A stretch of 64,000 nucleotides of DNA from Bacteroidota bacterium. GTDB taxonomy: Bacteria > Bacteroidota > Bacteroidia > JABDFU01. The position numbers and the translations under genes are program-made. Positions 37,963 through 47,206 of the stretch are shown here, one piece after another. Numbering within the stretch: the first letter of the stretch is position 1; each line of letters starts with the position of its first letter. The stretch spans positions 13,547 through 77,546 of the forward strand of contig JACPDY010000098.1 of the NCBI GenBank assembly GCA_016183775.1, given 5' to 3'. The notes beneath the pieces are model-generated. The model ran no database searches, was not told the origin of the DNA, and was given only the letters and a program-made list of their open reading frames with translations.

Positions 37963-39788
37963 GTAACAAACAAAAAATAAAAGCAGGTGTTATAGGCTTA
38001 GGTCCTGTGGGGATGATACTGGCTGTTCATTTACAGGAATCGGGATGTGATGTCCTGATTTGCGACAATGACAGGATCAAGATTAATCAGATAAAGAATG
38101 AGGGAATTAAACTTGAAAATATAATTCAAAAGAGAGAAAAATTTGAACACATTTATGCTTCCACTTCAGAATTGCTTGATCAAAATCCTGATTATGTTTT
38201 TATTGCTTTGAAATCCTACCAGGTGGAAAGTGTTCTTAAAGATCTCCCGGAAGATAATACTTCCATTTTCATTAGTGCCCAAAATGGAATTGACATAGAG
38301 AATATAATTGCGGAAAAGGTAGGGGCCGCCAGGACTATGCGATTAGTTATCAATTTCGCAGGTAATTCACTGTCGCCTAATTGTGTTAAAGTAACTTTTT
38401 TTAATCCCCCAAATTATCTGGCTTGCCTTGACGACAATAAAAAAGAAAGCTCCGAAGTTATTTCCGATTTGTTTAATAAAGTGGGTCTTCAAACAAAGGC
38501 AATTACTCCTTTCGAATTGACCAGGTGCGCATGGGAGAAGACCATTTTAAATGCTTCCCTCAGTCCGCTCTGCGGAATCGGGCGATTTACGATGGCTGAG
38601 GCAATGGCATTTCCGGATACAATTGAACTTGTGGAACAAATTATTGAAGAAGCCATTGAAGTGGCGGAAGCCGAAAAAATCCGCTTCCCTGATGATTTTA
38701 TCCGAAATTGCCTTCGCTATCTGAAAAATGGCGGAAATCACTATCCATCACTCGCCGGCGATTTAATGAACAAGCGACAAACAGAGATTGATTATATGAA
38801 TGGAAAAATTGTAGAGTACGGAAGGAAGCATTATATCCGGACTTCGCTCAATCTTTCGATGGTGAATATGGTAAAAGCCATGACACATAAAACGCTTCTT
38901 TCCCAATTTTCATCCAGGCCGTCAATCTCACAGAAGCCGATACTGAATATACAAAACAAAATCAACCCTAAAGGAAGTTGTTTCCTTGGCATTGATTTAG
39001 GTTCTGCATATACAAAGTTGACAGTTATTGATGAAAATAAAAATGTTGTATTCCGCTATACATTAAAGACGCTAAACCGTGATAAAATAGCCTCCAGGCA
39101 TATTATTAATGCTATACACGAGGAATTTCCCGTCAAATATAGTTGTGCTACCGGTTACGGAAGAAAAACATTTACAGATGCTGATATTGTAAAGACCGAG
39201 ATTAATTGTGCGGCCCTGGGGGCTAATGAATTTGTACCCGGAGAAAAGAACATACTTGATATTGGAGGTGAAGATATTAAGATGATTCATTGCGACACTC
39301 AGGGACGGGTGGAAAATTTTTATCTCAACGATAAATGTGCTGCCGGAACAGGTGTTTTTCTGATTGAAATTGCAGAACGTGCAGGAATCGACATAAACGA
39401 GATGAGTCGCCTCGCAGCGCAGTCAGAATACAAACAGGAATTAAACAGTTTTTGTACTGTATTTGCAAAAACTGAAATCATGAAATGGATTTTTGACGGG
39501 CAGCCGATTGAGAATCTCGCGAAAGGAATCTATCTCTCTATCGGGAATCGCATAGCCAAAATGAGAATACATCCTTCTGTACCTATTGTCATGATTGGCG
39601 GGGTAGTTGCATACCATCCATATTTAAAAATATTACTGGAGGAAAAGTTGGGAAGGCAGATTGTCGTCTTGGAGCATCCTCAGCATATTGTTTCATTCGG
39701 AGCAGCACTTATTGCCCGCGAACAGCTTCTGATGCAGACCAAACAGGAATCATTCTCAGAATCACAAAAAATAATTAAAAAATTATGA
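37959..39788 (+). CDS. Fusion protein: N-terminal 2-dehydropantoate 2-reductase (ApbA/PanE)-like NAD(P)H oxidoreductase plus C-terminal BcrAD/HgdC-type activase ATPase.
   Basis: N-terminus AGVIGLGPVGMILAVHL (GxGxxG), then a KPR C-terminal domain. Linker is followed by LGIDLGSAYTKLTVI ... NDKCAAGTGVF activase motifs. Confidence 0.8.
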   Translation: MSNKQKIKAGVIGLGPVGMILAVHLQESGCDVLICDNDRIKINQIKNEGIKLENIIQKREKFEHIYASTSELLDQNPDYVFIALKSYQVESVLKDLPEDNTSIFISAQNGIDIENIIAEKVGAARTMRLVINFAGNSLSPNCVKVTFFNPPNYLACLDDNKKESSEVISDLFNKVGLQTKAITPFELTRCAWEKTILNASLSPLCGIGRFTMAEAMAFPDTIELVEQIIEEAIEVAEAEKIRFPDDFIRNCLRYLKNGGNHYPSLAGDLMNKRQTEIDYMNGKIVEYGRKHYIRTSLNLSMVNMVKAMTHKTLLSQFSSRPSISQKPILNIQNKINPKGSCFLGIDLGSAYTKLTVIDENKNVVFRYTLKTLNRDKIASRHIINAIHEEFPVKYSCATGYGRKTFTDADIVKTEINCAALGANEFVPGEKNILDIGGEDIKMIHCDTQGRVENFYLNDKCAAGTGVFLIEIAERAGIDINEMSRLAAQSEYKQELNSFCTVFAKTEIMKWIFDGQPIENLAKGIYLSIGNRIAKMRIHPSVPIVMIGGVVAYHPYLKILLEEKLGRQIVVLEHPQHIVSFGAALIAREQLLMQTKQESFSESQKIIKKL

Positions 39789-41047
39789 AAGGGTATCATC
39801 ATAAACAAAAGGGAGTCGGAATAATCTTTGATAATATTTTTCTGGTAAATGGAGCCCGTACTCCGTTCGGAAGGTATTGTGGGACACTTTCACATGTTTC
39901 TCCGACCGATTTGGGTATATATGCAAGCCGTGGAGCCCTCGACAGGTGCACCTTATCGCCTAATGACATTGATCAAATAATTGTTGCCAACATCGGTCAA
40001 AGTTCCTGCGATGCCTATTTTCTGCCCCGACACATTGGATTATTCACCGGTATTCCCACTGAAGTACCGGCGCTGATGGTGCAAAGAATTTGTGGATCCG
40101 GATTTGAGGTGATTATAACCGCATCGGAACAGATTACTCTTAATAAAGCACAGGCCGTGTTATGCACAGGAACCGAAAATATGTCATTGGCACCTACTGT
40201 AAGTTTTGGAAACAGGATGGGATATCCTTTAGGGCGCCCGGTATTTAAAGACATGCTTTGGGAAGCTCTTGATGATACTGCTGCAGGCTATCCAATGGGA
40301 TATACAGCAGAAAATGTAGCTAAAAAGTATAATATTACCAGGAAAGACACGGATGAGTACGCGAAGCTTTCGTTTGACAGGGCAGTTATTGCTTCCGAAA
40401 GAGGAGTTTTTAAAGAAGAGATTGTTCCCATACAAAATTCCGTATTTGAAATCGAGGGATTAAAATCAAGGAAAATAACTCTTCCAAAAGGAATTGCTTC
40501 ATTGGCTTCTGATGAACACATCCGGGCCACAACCTTTGAAGCATTGTCGAAACTTCCTTCTGTTTTTAGTGATGTCGGCGTTCTTACTGCAGGAAATTCA
40601 AGTGGGATTGTTGATGGAGCTGCATCGGTTATTATCGCGGATCGTTTATTCATAGAGAACCGGGCATTAAAACCAATTTCAAGAGTTGTTGCCGCTGCAA
40701 GTTGTGGGATTGATCCGAAAATTATGGGACTCGCACCTGTTCCTGCTATCAGGCTCCTGCTTGAGATGACAGGGTTGAAGATAGATGACATAGGTCTTTT
40801 TGAGATTAACGAAGCGTTCTCAGCTCAGGTTATTGGATGCGAACGCGAACTGAATATAGACAGGAGTATACTTAATGTTAACGGAGGAGCAATTGCCATA
40901 GGTCACCCGCTGGCAGCTACTGGCGGACGCTTATCACTTACAATTTCAAAAGAAATGACCCGGAGGAAAGTGAAATATGGCATTGCCTCAGCCTGTATCG
41001 GCGGTGGACAAGGAACAGCCCTACTATTTGAAAATGTAAATTATTGA
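39785..41047 (+). CDS. Acetyl-CoA C-acyltransferase (thiolase).
   Basis: Thiolase motifs NGARTPFGRY, RICGSGFE (active Cys) and C-terminal GIASACIGGGQGTAL. Confidence 0.9.
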   Translation: MKGYHHKQKGVGIIFDNIFLVNGARTPFGRYCGTLSHVSPTDLGIYASRGALDRCTLSPNDIDQIIVANIGQSSCDAYFLPRHIGLFTGIPTEVPALMVQRICGSGFEVIITASEQITLNKAQAVLCTGTENMSLAPTVSFGNRMGYPLGRPVFKDMLWEALDDTAAGYPMGYTAENVAKKYNITRKDTDEYAKLSFDRAVIASERGVFKEEIVPIQNSVFEIEGLKSRKITLPKGIASLASDEHIRATTFEALSKLPSVFSDVGVLTAGNSSGIVDGAASVIIADRLFIENRALKPISRVVAAASCGIDPKIMGLAPVPAIRLLLEMTGLKIDDIGLFEINEAFSAQVIGCERELNIDRSILNVNGGAIAIGHPLAATGGRLSLTISKEMTRRKVKYGIASACIGGGQGTALLFENVNY

Positions 41048-41050
41048 GAA

Positions 41051-41242
41051 ATGAGCCGTTGGAAATACCCATTTAATACAAAGGCGCATGCTGAGAAATA
41101 CCTGAAACAGGCAGAGCAGGAGACAGGAAAAAGATGTTTCATTCGCCAGGTTTCAACCAGAGCGCATGTGTTTAAAATATTTTCATCTGAGACTGAATAT
41201 ATAGAATATCAAAAGAAAAAAAGTACAGGACATGGGCACTAA
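41051..41242 (+). CDS. Small hypothetical protein (63 aa) filling the thiolase-ADH gap.
   Basis: Fits exactly between neighbouring genes and overlaps the next start by 11 bp. No recognisable motif. Confidence 0.3.
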   Translation: MSRWKYPFNTKAHAEKYLKQAEQETGKRCFIRQVSTRAHVFKIFSSETEYIEYQKKKSTGHGH

Positions 41243-42296
41243 TCGATTATATCAATGGCAAATGGTGGAAACCGATCAGGAATTTCGCTTAATAGAAAGC
41301 AATTTACCTGAAGTGAAAAACGGAGAGGTGCTTGTAAAAGTTTCCGGATGCGGGGTCTGCCACACTGATTTAAGCTTTTGGCACTCGGGTGTTCAAACCA
41401 AGCATGCATTGCCACTTACACTCGGACACGAAATCAGTGGAGTAGTGATTGCCGGCAATAAAAACTGGCTAAAGAAAAAAATAATCATTCCGGCCGTTCT
41501 ACCCTGCGGAGAATGCGAATTATGTAAAAAGGGCCGAAGCAATATTTGTCGCAACCAGCTAATGCCTGGAAATGATTTTCATGGAGGCTTTGCTTCACAC
41601 ATTAAGGTTCCTTCAAAGTTTTTGTGTCCTGTTTCTGAAAATATTTTAAAAAAGTATTCGCTCGAACAATTAGCAGTAATTGCGGATGCTATATCAACTC
41701 CTTACCAGGTAGTGGAAAAATCTGAACTGGAAGCGGGCGACCTGGCTATTGTAATCGGGGTTGGCGGAGTCGGTTTGTATGGGGCGTTGATTGCAAAGAT
41801 ATTCGGAGCAAAAGTTATCGCTCTTGATCTCAGTGACGAGAAGCTGAACATTGCTTTGAATAACGGGGTAGATGCCATTCTTAATATAAAAGGAATGGAC
41901 ATAAAAGCGATTAAGGAAAGGGTGAAAGAAATTGCAAAGAGTATCAAAGCCCCGAAGATTGGCTGGAAGATATTTGAGATAAGCGGTACAAAGGCCGGTC
42001 AGGATCTTGCATTTAATCTGATCACTTTTACTTCAACGCTTTCTATAGTTGGTTTCACAATGGATAAAGTAGAAGTAAGACTGAGTAATTTAATGGCTTT
42101 CGATGCGAAACTAATCGGAACATGGGGATGCAGAGCTGAATTATATCCTAAAGTTCTGGACCTAATTGAAAGCGGGAAACTTGAAATTTCCGGATTTGTT
42201 CAGACATTCCCTATGTCAAAAATAAATGAAGTATTTAAAAATACATTGGAGCACAAATACAATAAGCGTTCCGTCCTTGTCCCTGATTTTAATTAA
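41232..42296 (+). CDS. Zinc-dependent MDR alcohol/hydroxyacyl-CoA dehydrogenase (Had-like).
   Basis: GHEISGVV catalytic Zn motif, CGECELCKKGRSNIC structural Zn Cys, and GVGGVGLYGALIA Rossmann fold. Confidence 0.85.
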   Translation: MGTNRLYQWQMVETDQEFRLIESNLPEVKNGEVLVKVSGCGVCHTDLSFWHSGVQTKHALPLTLGHEISGVVIAGNKNWLKKKIIIPAVLPCGECELCKKGRSNICRNQLMPGNDFHGGFASHIKVPSKFLCPVSENILKKYSLEQLAVIADAISTPYQVVEKSELEAGDLAIVIGVGGVGLYGALIAKIFGAKVIALDLSDEKLNIALNNGVDAILNIKGMDIKAIKERVKEIAKSIKAPKIGWKIFEISGTKAGQDLAFNLITFTSTLSIVGFTMDKVEVRLSNLMAFDAKLIGTWGCRAELYPKVLDLIESGKLEISGFVQTFPMSKINEVFKNTLEHKYNKRSVLVPDFN

Positions 42297-42312
42297 ATAA
42301 AAAATATACAAA

Positions 42313-43413
42313 ATGGAAAATTTAAAAAGTCACAAACTTGTTGATGTAAATTACAAGGAAATTATTTTTGAAAAAAGGGCTTGCCTGGATAAGGAAGGGA
42401 TACCTGTCAAAGATTTATACAACGCATGGATAGTTCTGAACAATCCAAAGCAATTCAATTCGTATACTACACAGGCCATAAAGGAAGTAATTCTTGCATT
42501 CGGAGAGGCTTCAAATGACAGAAGTATTGTTGCGGTAGTATTTACATCCGTTGGTGATAAAGCATTTTGCACAGGAGGAAATACAAAAGAGTACGCGGAA
42601 TACTATTCCGGAAATCCACAGGAATATTCACAATACATGCGCCTCTTTAATGATATGGTGAGTGCCATTTTAAAATGTGAGAAGCCGGTTATATGTCGCG
42701 TAAACGGAATGCGTATAGGTGGTGGACAAGAAATTGGAATGGCCTGCGATTTCAGTATTGCGGGCGATATGGCACGATTCGGCCAGGCAGGACCCAAACA
42801 TGGAAGCGCACCTATCGGGGGTGCTACTGATTTTCTTCCTCTTTTTATAGGTGTGGAACGTGCTATGATGTCGCTTACATTATGTGAGCCATGGAGTGCG
42901 CATCAGGCATATTATTATGGAGTTATCAGTGAAATAGTACCTGTACTCAGGCATAATGGAAAATTTATTTCTAATCCAATGGTGGTCACGGATAGGATCG
43001 TTGATGAATTCGGACGGCTTGTTTTTGGTACATCCAAAACAGGTGACGCATTAAAAGCGGCGAAGGAAATTATAGCAGCATCGGAAATAGATTTAAGTAT
43101 GCTGGATTCGGCAGTGAATAAACTCATAGCTAAACTCCTGAATACGTTCCCCAATTGTACGAATAAAACTATTTCGGAAGTACGTAAGTTCAAATTGGAG
43201 CATTGGGATAAAAACAAGGAAAGCAGCAGGGAATGGCTCGCATTAAATATGATGACCGAAGCAAAAGCCGGCTTTAAAGCATTTAATGAGGGGCCTAAAG
43301 AAAACCGCGAAGTTGATTTTATTAAACTCCGGCAATTGCTTGCCAATGGCCATGAATGGAATGAAGAATTACACAGAATAATTTCTCCACAATATCAAAA
43401 AGTAAATTCTTGA
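42313..43413 (+). CDS. Crotonase-superfamily enzyme with a long C-terminal extension (candidate ring-hydrolysing 6-oxocyclohex-1-ene-1-carbonyl-CoA hydrolase, Oah/BamA-like; MenB-like alternative).
   Basis: Enoyl-CoA hydratase core (FCTGGN...GGGQEIGMACDFSIA). At 366 aa it is ~100 aa longer than ordinary ECH, matching Oah size. Confidence 0.6.
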   Translation: MENLKSHKLVDVNYKEIIFEKRACLDKEGIPVKDLYNAWIVLNNPKQFNSYTTQAIKEVILAFGEASNDRSIVAVVFTSVGDKAFCTGGNTKEYAEYYSGNPQEYSQYMRLFNDMVSAILKCEKPVICRVNGMRIGGGQEIGMACDFSIAGDMARFGQAGPKHGSAPIGGATDFLPLFIGVERAMMSLTLCEPWSAHQAYYYGVISEIVPVLRHNGKFISNPMVVTDRIVDEFGRLVFGTSKTGDALKAAKEIIAASEIDLSMLDSAVNKLIAKLLNTFPNCTNKTISEVRKFKLEHWDKNKESSREWLALNMMTEAKAGFKAFNEGPKENREVDFIKLRQLLANGHEWNEELHRIISPQYQKVNS

Positions 43414-44189
43414 ATATGGAAAAGATAAAAATTGAATTTAAAAATGATAATTCTGTCGCACGGATAATTCTCGATGACGGCAAAGGGAATGTGTTGGACC
43501 ATGTTATGATGGAAGAGTTAAAACAGATTCTGAATTCATTTAAGAGCAGTTCTCAAATAAAGCTGATTACCATGGAAGGAAATGGAAAGCATTTCTCATT
43601 TGGAGCCAGTATTGAGGAGCATAAGAGGGAATTCGCCGCGACAATGATTCGCGAATTTCATCAATTGTTTTATATTATTCGTGATTTAACAATACCTATG
43701 GCTGCCAAAATCAGCGGAAGTTGTTTAGGAGGAGGGTTAGAACTCGCGCTCATGTGCAACTTCATGTTTGCCGACAAGACTGCCAGGCTTGGACAGCCCG
43801 AGATTTCGCTGGGAGTATTTCCTCCTCCCGCTTCCATACTTCTTCCGGAGAAAATCGGATTGGCAAAAGCCGAGGATCTGCTTATTACCGGAAGAATAAT
43901 TACCGCTGAGGAGGCAAAGTCAATCGGGCTTGTAAATGAATTATTTGATACGAGAGATACTATGGATTCAGGGGTTGAAAAATGGGTGGAGAGTTATATC
44001 CTTCCCAAAAGCGCGTCTTCGCTTCATTTTGCTGTAAAAGCTGTAAGAATAAAATTTAATCATGTTATCAGTAATTTCTTACCGCAGTTAGAATCAATCT
44101 ATGCAAATCAACTGATGCAAACACATGATGCGAATGAAGGCATCAATTCCTTTTTGGAGAAGAGAAAACCGGTTTGGAGCAATAATTAA
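43410..44189 (+). CDS. Enoyl-CoA hydratase (Dch-sized, 259 aa).
   Basis: Crotonase motifs GNGKHFSFGASIEE and GGGLELALMCNFMFA. Confidence 0.85.
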   Translation: MNMEKIKIEFKNDNSVARIILDDGKGNVLDHVMMEELKQILNSFKSSSQIKLITMEGNGKHFSFGASIEEHKREFAATMIREFHQLFYIIRDLTIPMAAKISGSCLGGGLELALMCNFMFADKTARLGQPEISLGVFPPPASILLPEKIGLAKAEDLLITGRIITAEEAKSIGLVNELFDTRDTMDSGVEKWVESYILPKSASSLHFAVKAVRIKFNHVISNFLPQLESIYANQLMQTHDANEGINSFLEKRKPVWSNN

Positions 44190-44200
44190 ATTATTTTATT

Positions 44201-46213
44201 ATGAAAACTATTAAAACAGTTGGTGTTGTTGGTGCAGGAACTATGGGTTCCGCCCTTGCACAAAAATTCTTACAGGAAGGGTTCAAAGTAATTCTTGCCG
44301 ATCGCGCTATAAATTTCGCTGAAAAAGGATTGGAAATGATCAGGAGCTCGCTTAATCAGGGCTTGCAGAAATACATTTTTACATATGAACAGCTAAGTGA
44401 ATACTTGTCCAATTTAAAAATAACAGATACGCTTACAGATTTAAAAGGATGTGATTTGATTGTTGAAGCAATTTATGAAAACTTCAACGCTAAAACTACA
44501 CTATTTAAAGAACTTTGTGTCATAATTCCTCCCGACACAATTCTTGCGACTAACACATCTTCATTTTCTGTTACGGAATTATCCGCTGCCGTAAGCCACC
44601 CGGAAAGATTTATCGGACTGCATTATTTTTATCATGCAGCCAAAAACCGGTTGGTGGAAATTATTCCGGGCGATAAAACGTCTGAAGAGACTACCCAAAC
44701 GGCATACCGGTTTTCTATCTTGTCGGGTAAAGATCCTATCTATAGCCGGGATGCTTATGGATTTGTAGTCAACAGGTTTTTTGTTCCATGGCTGAATGAA
44801 GCAGTTCGCTTATACGAAGAAAATGTAGCATCCATTGAACAAATTGAAACTGTTTGTAAAGAGCTCTTTGGAATAACAATGGGTCCATTTGAATTGATGA
44901 ATGTGACCGGAATCCCAGTCGCATATCATGCGGAAAAGACTCTTGAAGTATTCGGTAATTTATATAAAGTTGCGAAAGCACTGGAGAAACAAACCAAAGA
45001 AAATCAACTATGGACATTGAAAATTGCCGGCGAAGAAGCTGATAAGACCATTCCCATTAAAGTGAAGCAGGAAATTAAAGATAGAATGCTGGGTGTTATA
45101 TTTTTTATCTGCTCACAAATTCTGGATGAAAAAATATGCAGTGCGGCAGAGATAGATCGGGGTGCTAAAATCGGGCTAAAATGGAAAAAGGGTCCTATTG
45201 AATTGATGAAAGAACAGGGCGAAGACGAAGTGACATGTATCATAGTTAAATTAATTGACCGGTATAATATGAAATTACCGGATTCAATCGGGAAGAAATA
45301 CTGGACACCAAATTATGTAAAACTAAAAAGCAAAGGAACCATTGCAGTTATTACAATGGATCAGCCCGAAAATCTGAATGCTTTAAGCGAAGAAACTGTT
45401 AAGCAGTTGGGAGAATGTTTCAATAAAGCCGAAAGGAATCCGCTTGTTAAAACTGTTTTTATAACCGGCTCCGGAAAGGCATTTGTTGCAGGGGCGGACA
45501 TTAAATTCTTTGTTAAGAATATAAAAAAAGAAAGGATTTGCGACATAGAGACGTTTACCGAATTCGGCCAGAAAATTTTTGACAACATTGATAATTCAAG
45601 CAAAAAAGTAGTTGCCATTATTAATGGATTGGCATTGGGTGGAGGACTTGAGCTTGCGCTTTGTGCTGATGTAATACTTGCGTTGCCAAAGGCCCAAATG
45701 GCATTTCCTGAAACAGGTATAGGAATTTATCCAGGTCTTGGAGGCACACAACGTTCTGTGAGGAAAATTGGGAGAGGGCTAAGTAAATACCTTATTCACA
45801 CCGGTAAAATGCTTTCTGCCACAGAAGCAGAAGAAATAGGACTTGTTGACAAAATTATTTCAAGAGAAGAAATGTTTTCTATACTATCAGGTGAGATAGA
45901 CGCTCCACTAATCAATAAGAAAAATATGAAGTCAGAATGGATAGCTATAAGAGATTTCTTCGAGAAAAATTCCCTGAAGGCAATTCTTGATAAAAACTAT
46001 TCCGATGCTGGATTGACTTCTGAATATGCCGAAAAGCTTGCGAAAACAGTTCGATTCAAGGCGCCAATTGCGTTAAAACTTGCCGATCAACTTATTGATG
46101 AAGCGAAAGGTTGCACGTCAGAACTGGAACACTTGCGTGAAATATTTTCGACATCCGATGCTTTATTGGGGCTTACCTCCATTGGTGAAAAAGTAAATTA
46201 CCTCGGAAAATAA
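44201..46213 (+). CDS. Bifunctional 3-hydroxyacyl-CoA dehydrogenase (N-terminal) / enoyl-CoA hydratase (C-terminal).
   Basis: VGVVGAGTMGSALAQ NAD-binding N-terminus. C-terminal crotonase (ITGSGKAFVAGADI, GGGLELALCADV). Confidence 0.9.
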   Translation: MKTIKTVGVVGAGTMGSALAQKFLQEGFKVILADRAINFAEKGLEMIRSSLNQGLQKYIFTYEQLSEYLSNLKITDTLTDLKGCDLIVEAIYENFNAKTTLFKELCVIIPPDTILATNTSSFSVTELSAAVSHPERFIGLHYFYHAAKNRLVEIIPGDKTSEETTQTAYRFSILSGKDPIYSRDAYGFVVNRFFVPWLNEAVRLYEENVASIEQIETVCKELFGITMGPFELMNVTGIPVAYHAEKTLEVFGNLYKVAKALEKQTKENQLWTLKIAGEEADKTIPIKVKQEIKDRMLGVIFFICSQILDEKICSAAEIDRGAKIGLKWKKGPIELMKEQGEDEVTCIIVKLIDRYNMKLPDSIGKKYWTPNYVKLKSKGTIAVITMDQPENLNALSEETVKQLGECFNKAERNPLVKTVFITGSGKAFVAGADIKFFVKNIKKERICDIETFTEFGQKIFDNIDNSSKKVVAIINGLALGGGLELALCADVILALPKAQMAFPETGIGIYPGLGGTQRSVRKIGRGLSKYLIHTGKMLSATEAEEIGLVDKIISREEMFSILSGEIDAPLINKKNMKSEWIAIRDFFEKNSLKAILDKNYSDAGLTSEYAEKLAKTVRFKAPIALKLADQLIDEAKGCTSELEHLREIFSTSDALLGLTSIGEKVNYLGK

Positions 46214-46291
46214 CAGTAAATGATTCAAAAAAAGCATAAAAGACTTTTTAAGATCTAGATGATTTTTTACCGTTTAATTTGACTAACAATA

Positions 46292-46669
46292 TCATGCCCC
46301 GAATTTCACCGCATAAATGATTCCAGCCAGCACTAGCAATGCTATCATGATGGCAACTGTTTTCTCGTTATTGGCCATCTTTCTGATTATGGGAAAATTA
46401 AACTCAATCGTCCTGCCATTTTCATGAAGAACATTTATCGCACGGCTAAAAACATAAATAACACTTCCAATGAAGATTACTGCAAATCCACCCCAAAACC
46501 AATAAGCCAATAAATCATTTATAGGTATTTCACTAGCTGCATTTTGTGCAATTGCACTCTTGTTGCCAAGTAGTAAAAGCAACAGAAGGAATAGAGAAAT
46601 CTGTTTCGCAGTTTTGTTTTGTTTGTTCCCTGATTTCAGGAATTCAAACTTATGTCTGACAGTTTTCAT
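46292..46669 (-). CDS. Small membrane protein (125 aa), paralogous at its C-terminus to the 92-aa protein at 47207-47485.
   Basis: Signal/TM region, and C-terminus VAIMIALLVLAGIIYAVKFGA resembling IMILIVLSGIIMAIRFGV. Confidence 0.4.
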   Translation of the reverse strand: MKTVRHKFEFLKSGNKQNKTAKQISLFLLLLLLLGNKSAIAQNAASEIPINDLLAYWFWGGFAVIFIGSVIYVFSRAINVLHENGRTIEFNFPIIRKMANNEKTVAIMIALLVLAGIIYAVKFGA

Positions 46670-46795
46670 AATGATTAATGTTATATGTTAATTTATATCA
46701 ACTCCCATGTTGTAATCGTGCTATAAACAAATAATCAGAGCGAATACACAAAAAACACCCTTATAATGCAACAGGTGCTTCAAAAATTCGCTTTT

Positions 46796-47092
46796 TCATG
46801 CCTTCATATTTATATCCGGATCTTTGTCATCGTCAATTTTATGCCTGCCCCATTCAATCTTAATCCAGGCCCGTTCATGTAAATAATAAAGGATCATTTT
46901 TGTTACCACTTCAATTCCTCCTATACTCAAAGCCAAACCCATCTCTCTGCTTAAAATAAATGCGATTAAGATTGTATCTATTGTTCCTGTAATTCTCCAT
47001 GTAATTCCTTTAATTATACTTCTAAAATGATATTCTTTCATCACTATCAATTCCCCATTACGAATGGCCTGATAACATTTAAGATGAACCAA
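46796..47092 (-). CDS. Small membrane protein (DUF2061-like, 98 aa).
   Basis: Two predicted TM helices (ITWRITGTIDTILIAFIL, GLALSIGGIEVVTKMILYYL), a pattern typical of DUF2061. Confidence 0.4.
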   Translation of the reverse strand: MVHLKCYQAIRNGELIVMKEYHFRSIIKGITWRITGTIDTILIAFILSREMGLALSIGGIEVVTKMILYYLHERAWIKIEWGRHKIDDDKDPDINMKA

Positions 47093-47206
47093 ATAAATAA
47101 GGAGGCAACTCCTCCCGTTAGCTGTGTCCTTGCTTGAGTAAGCCTGGGCTTTTCTGTAATAATATTTTCCATTGGTTATTTATTGACGACTTTTATGATG
47201 AATAAA

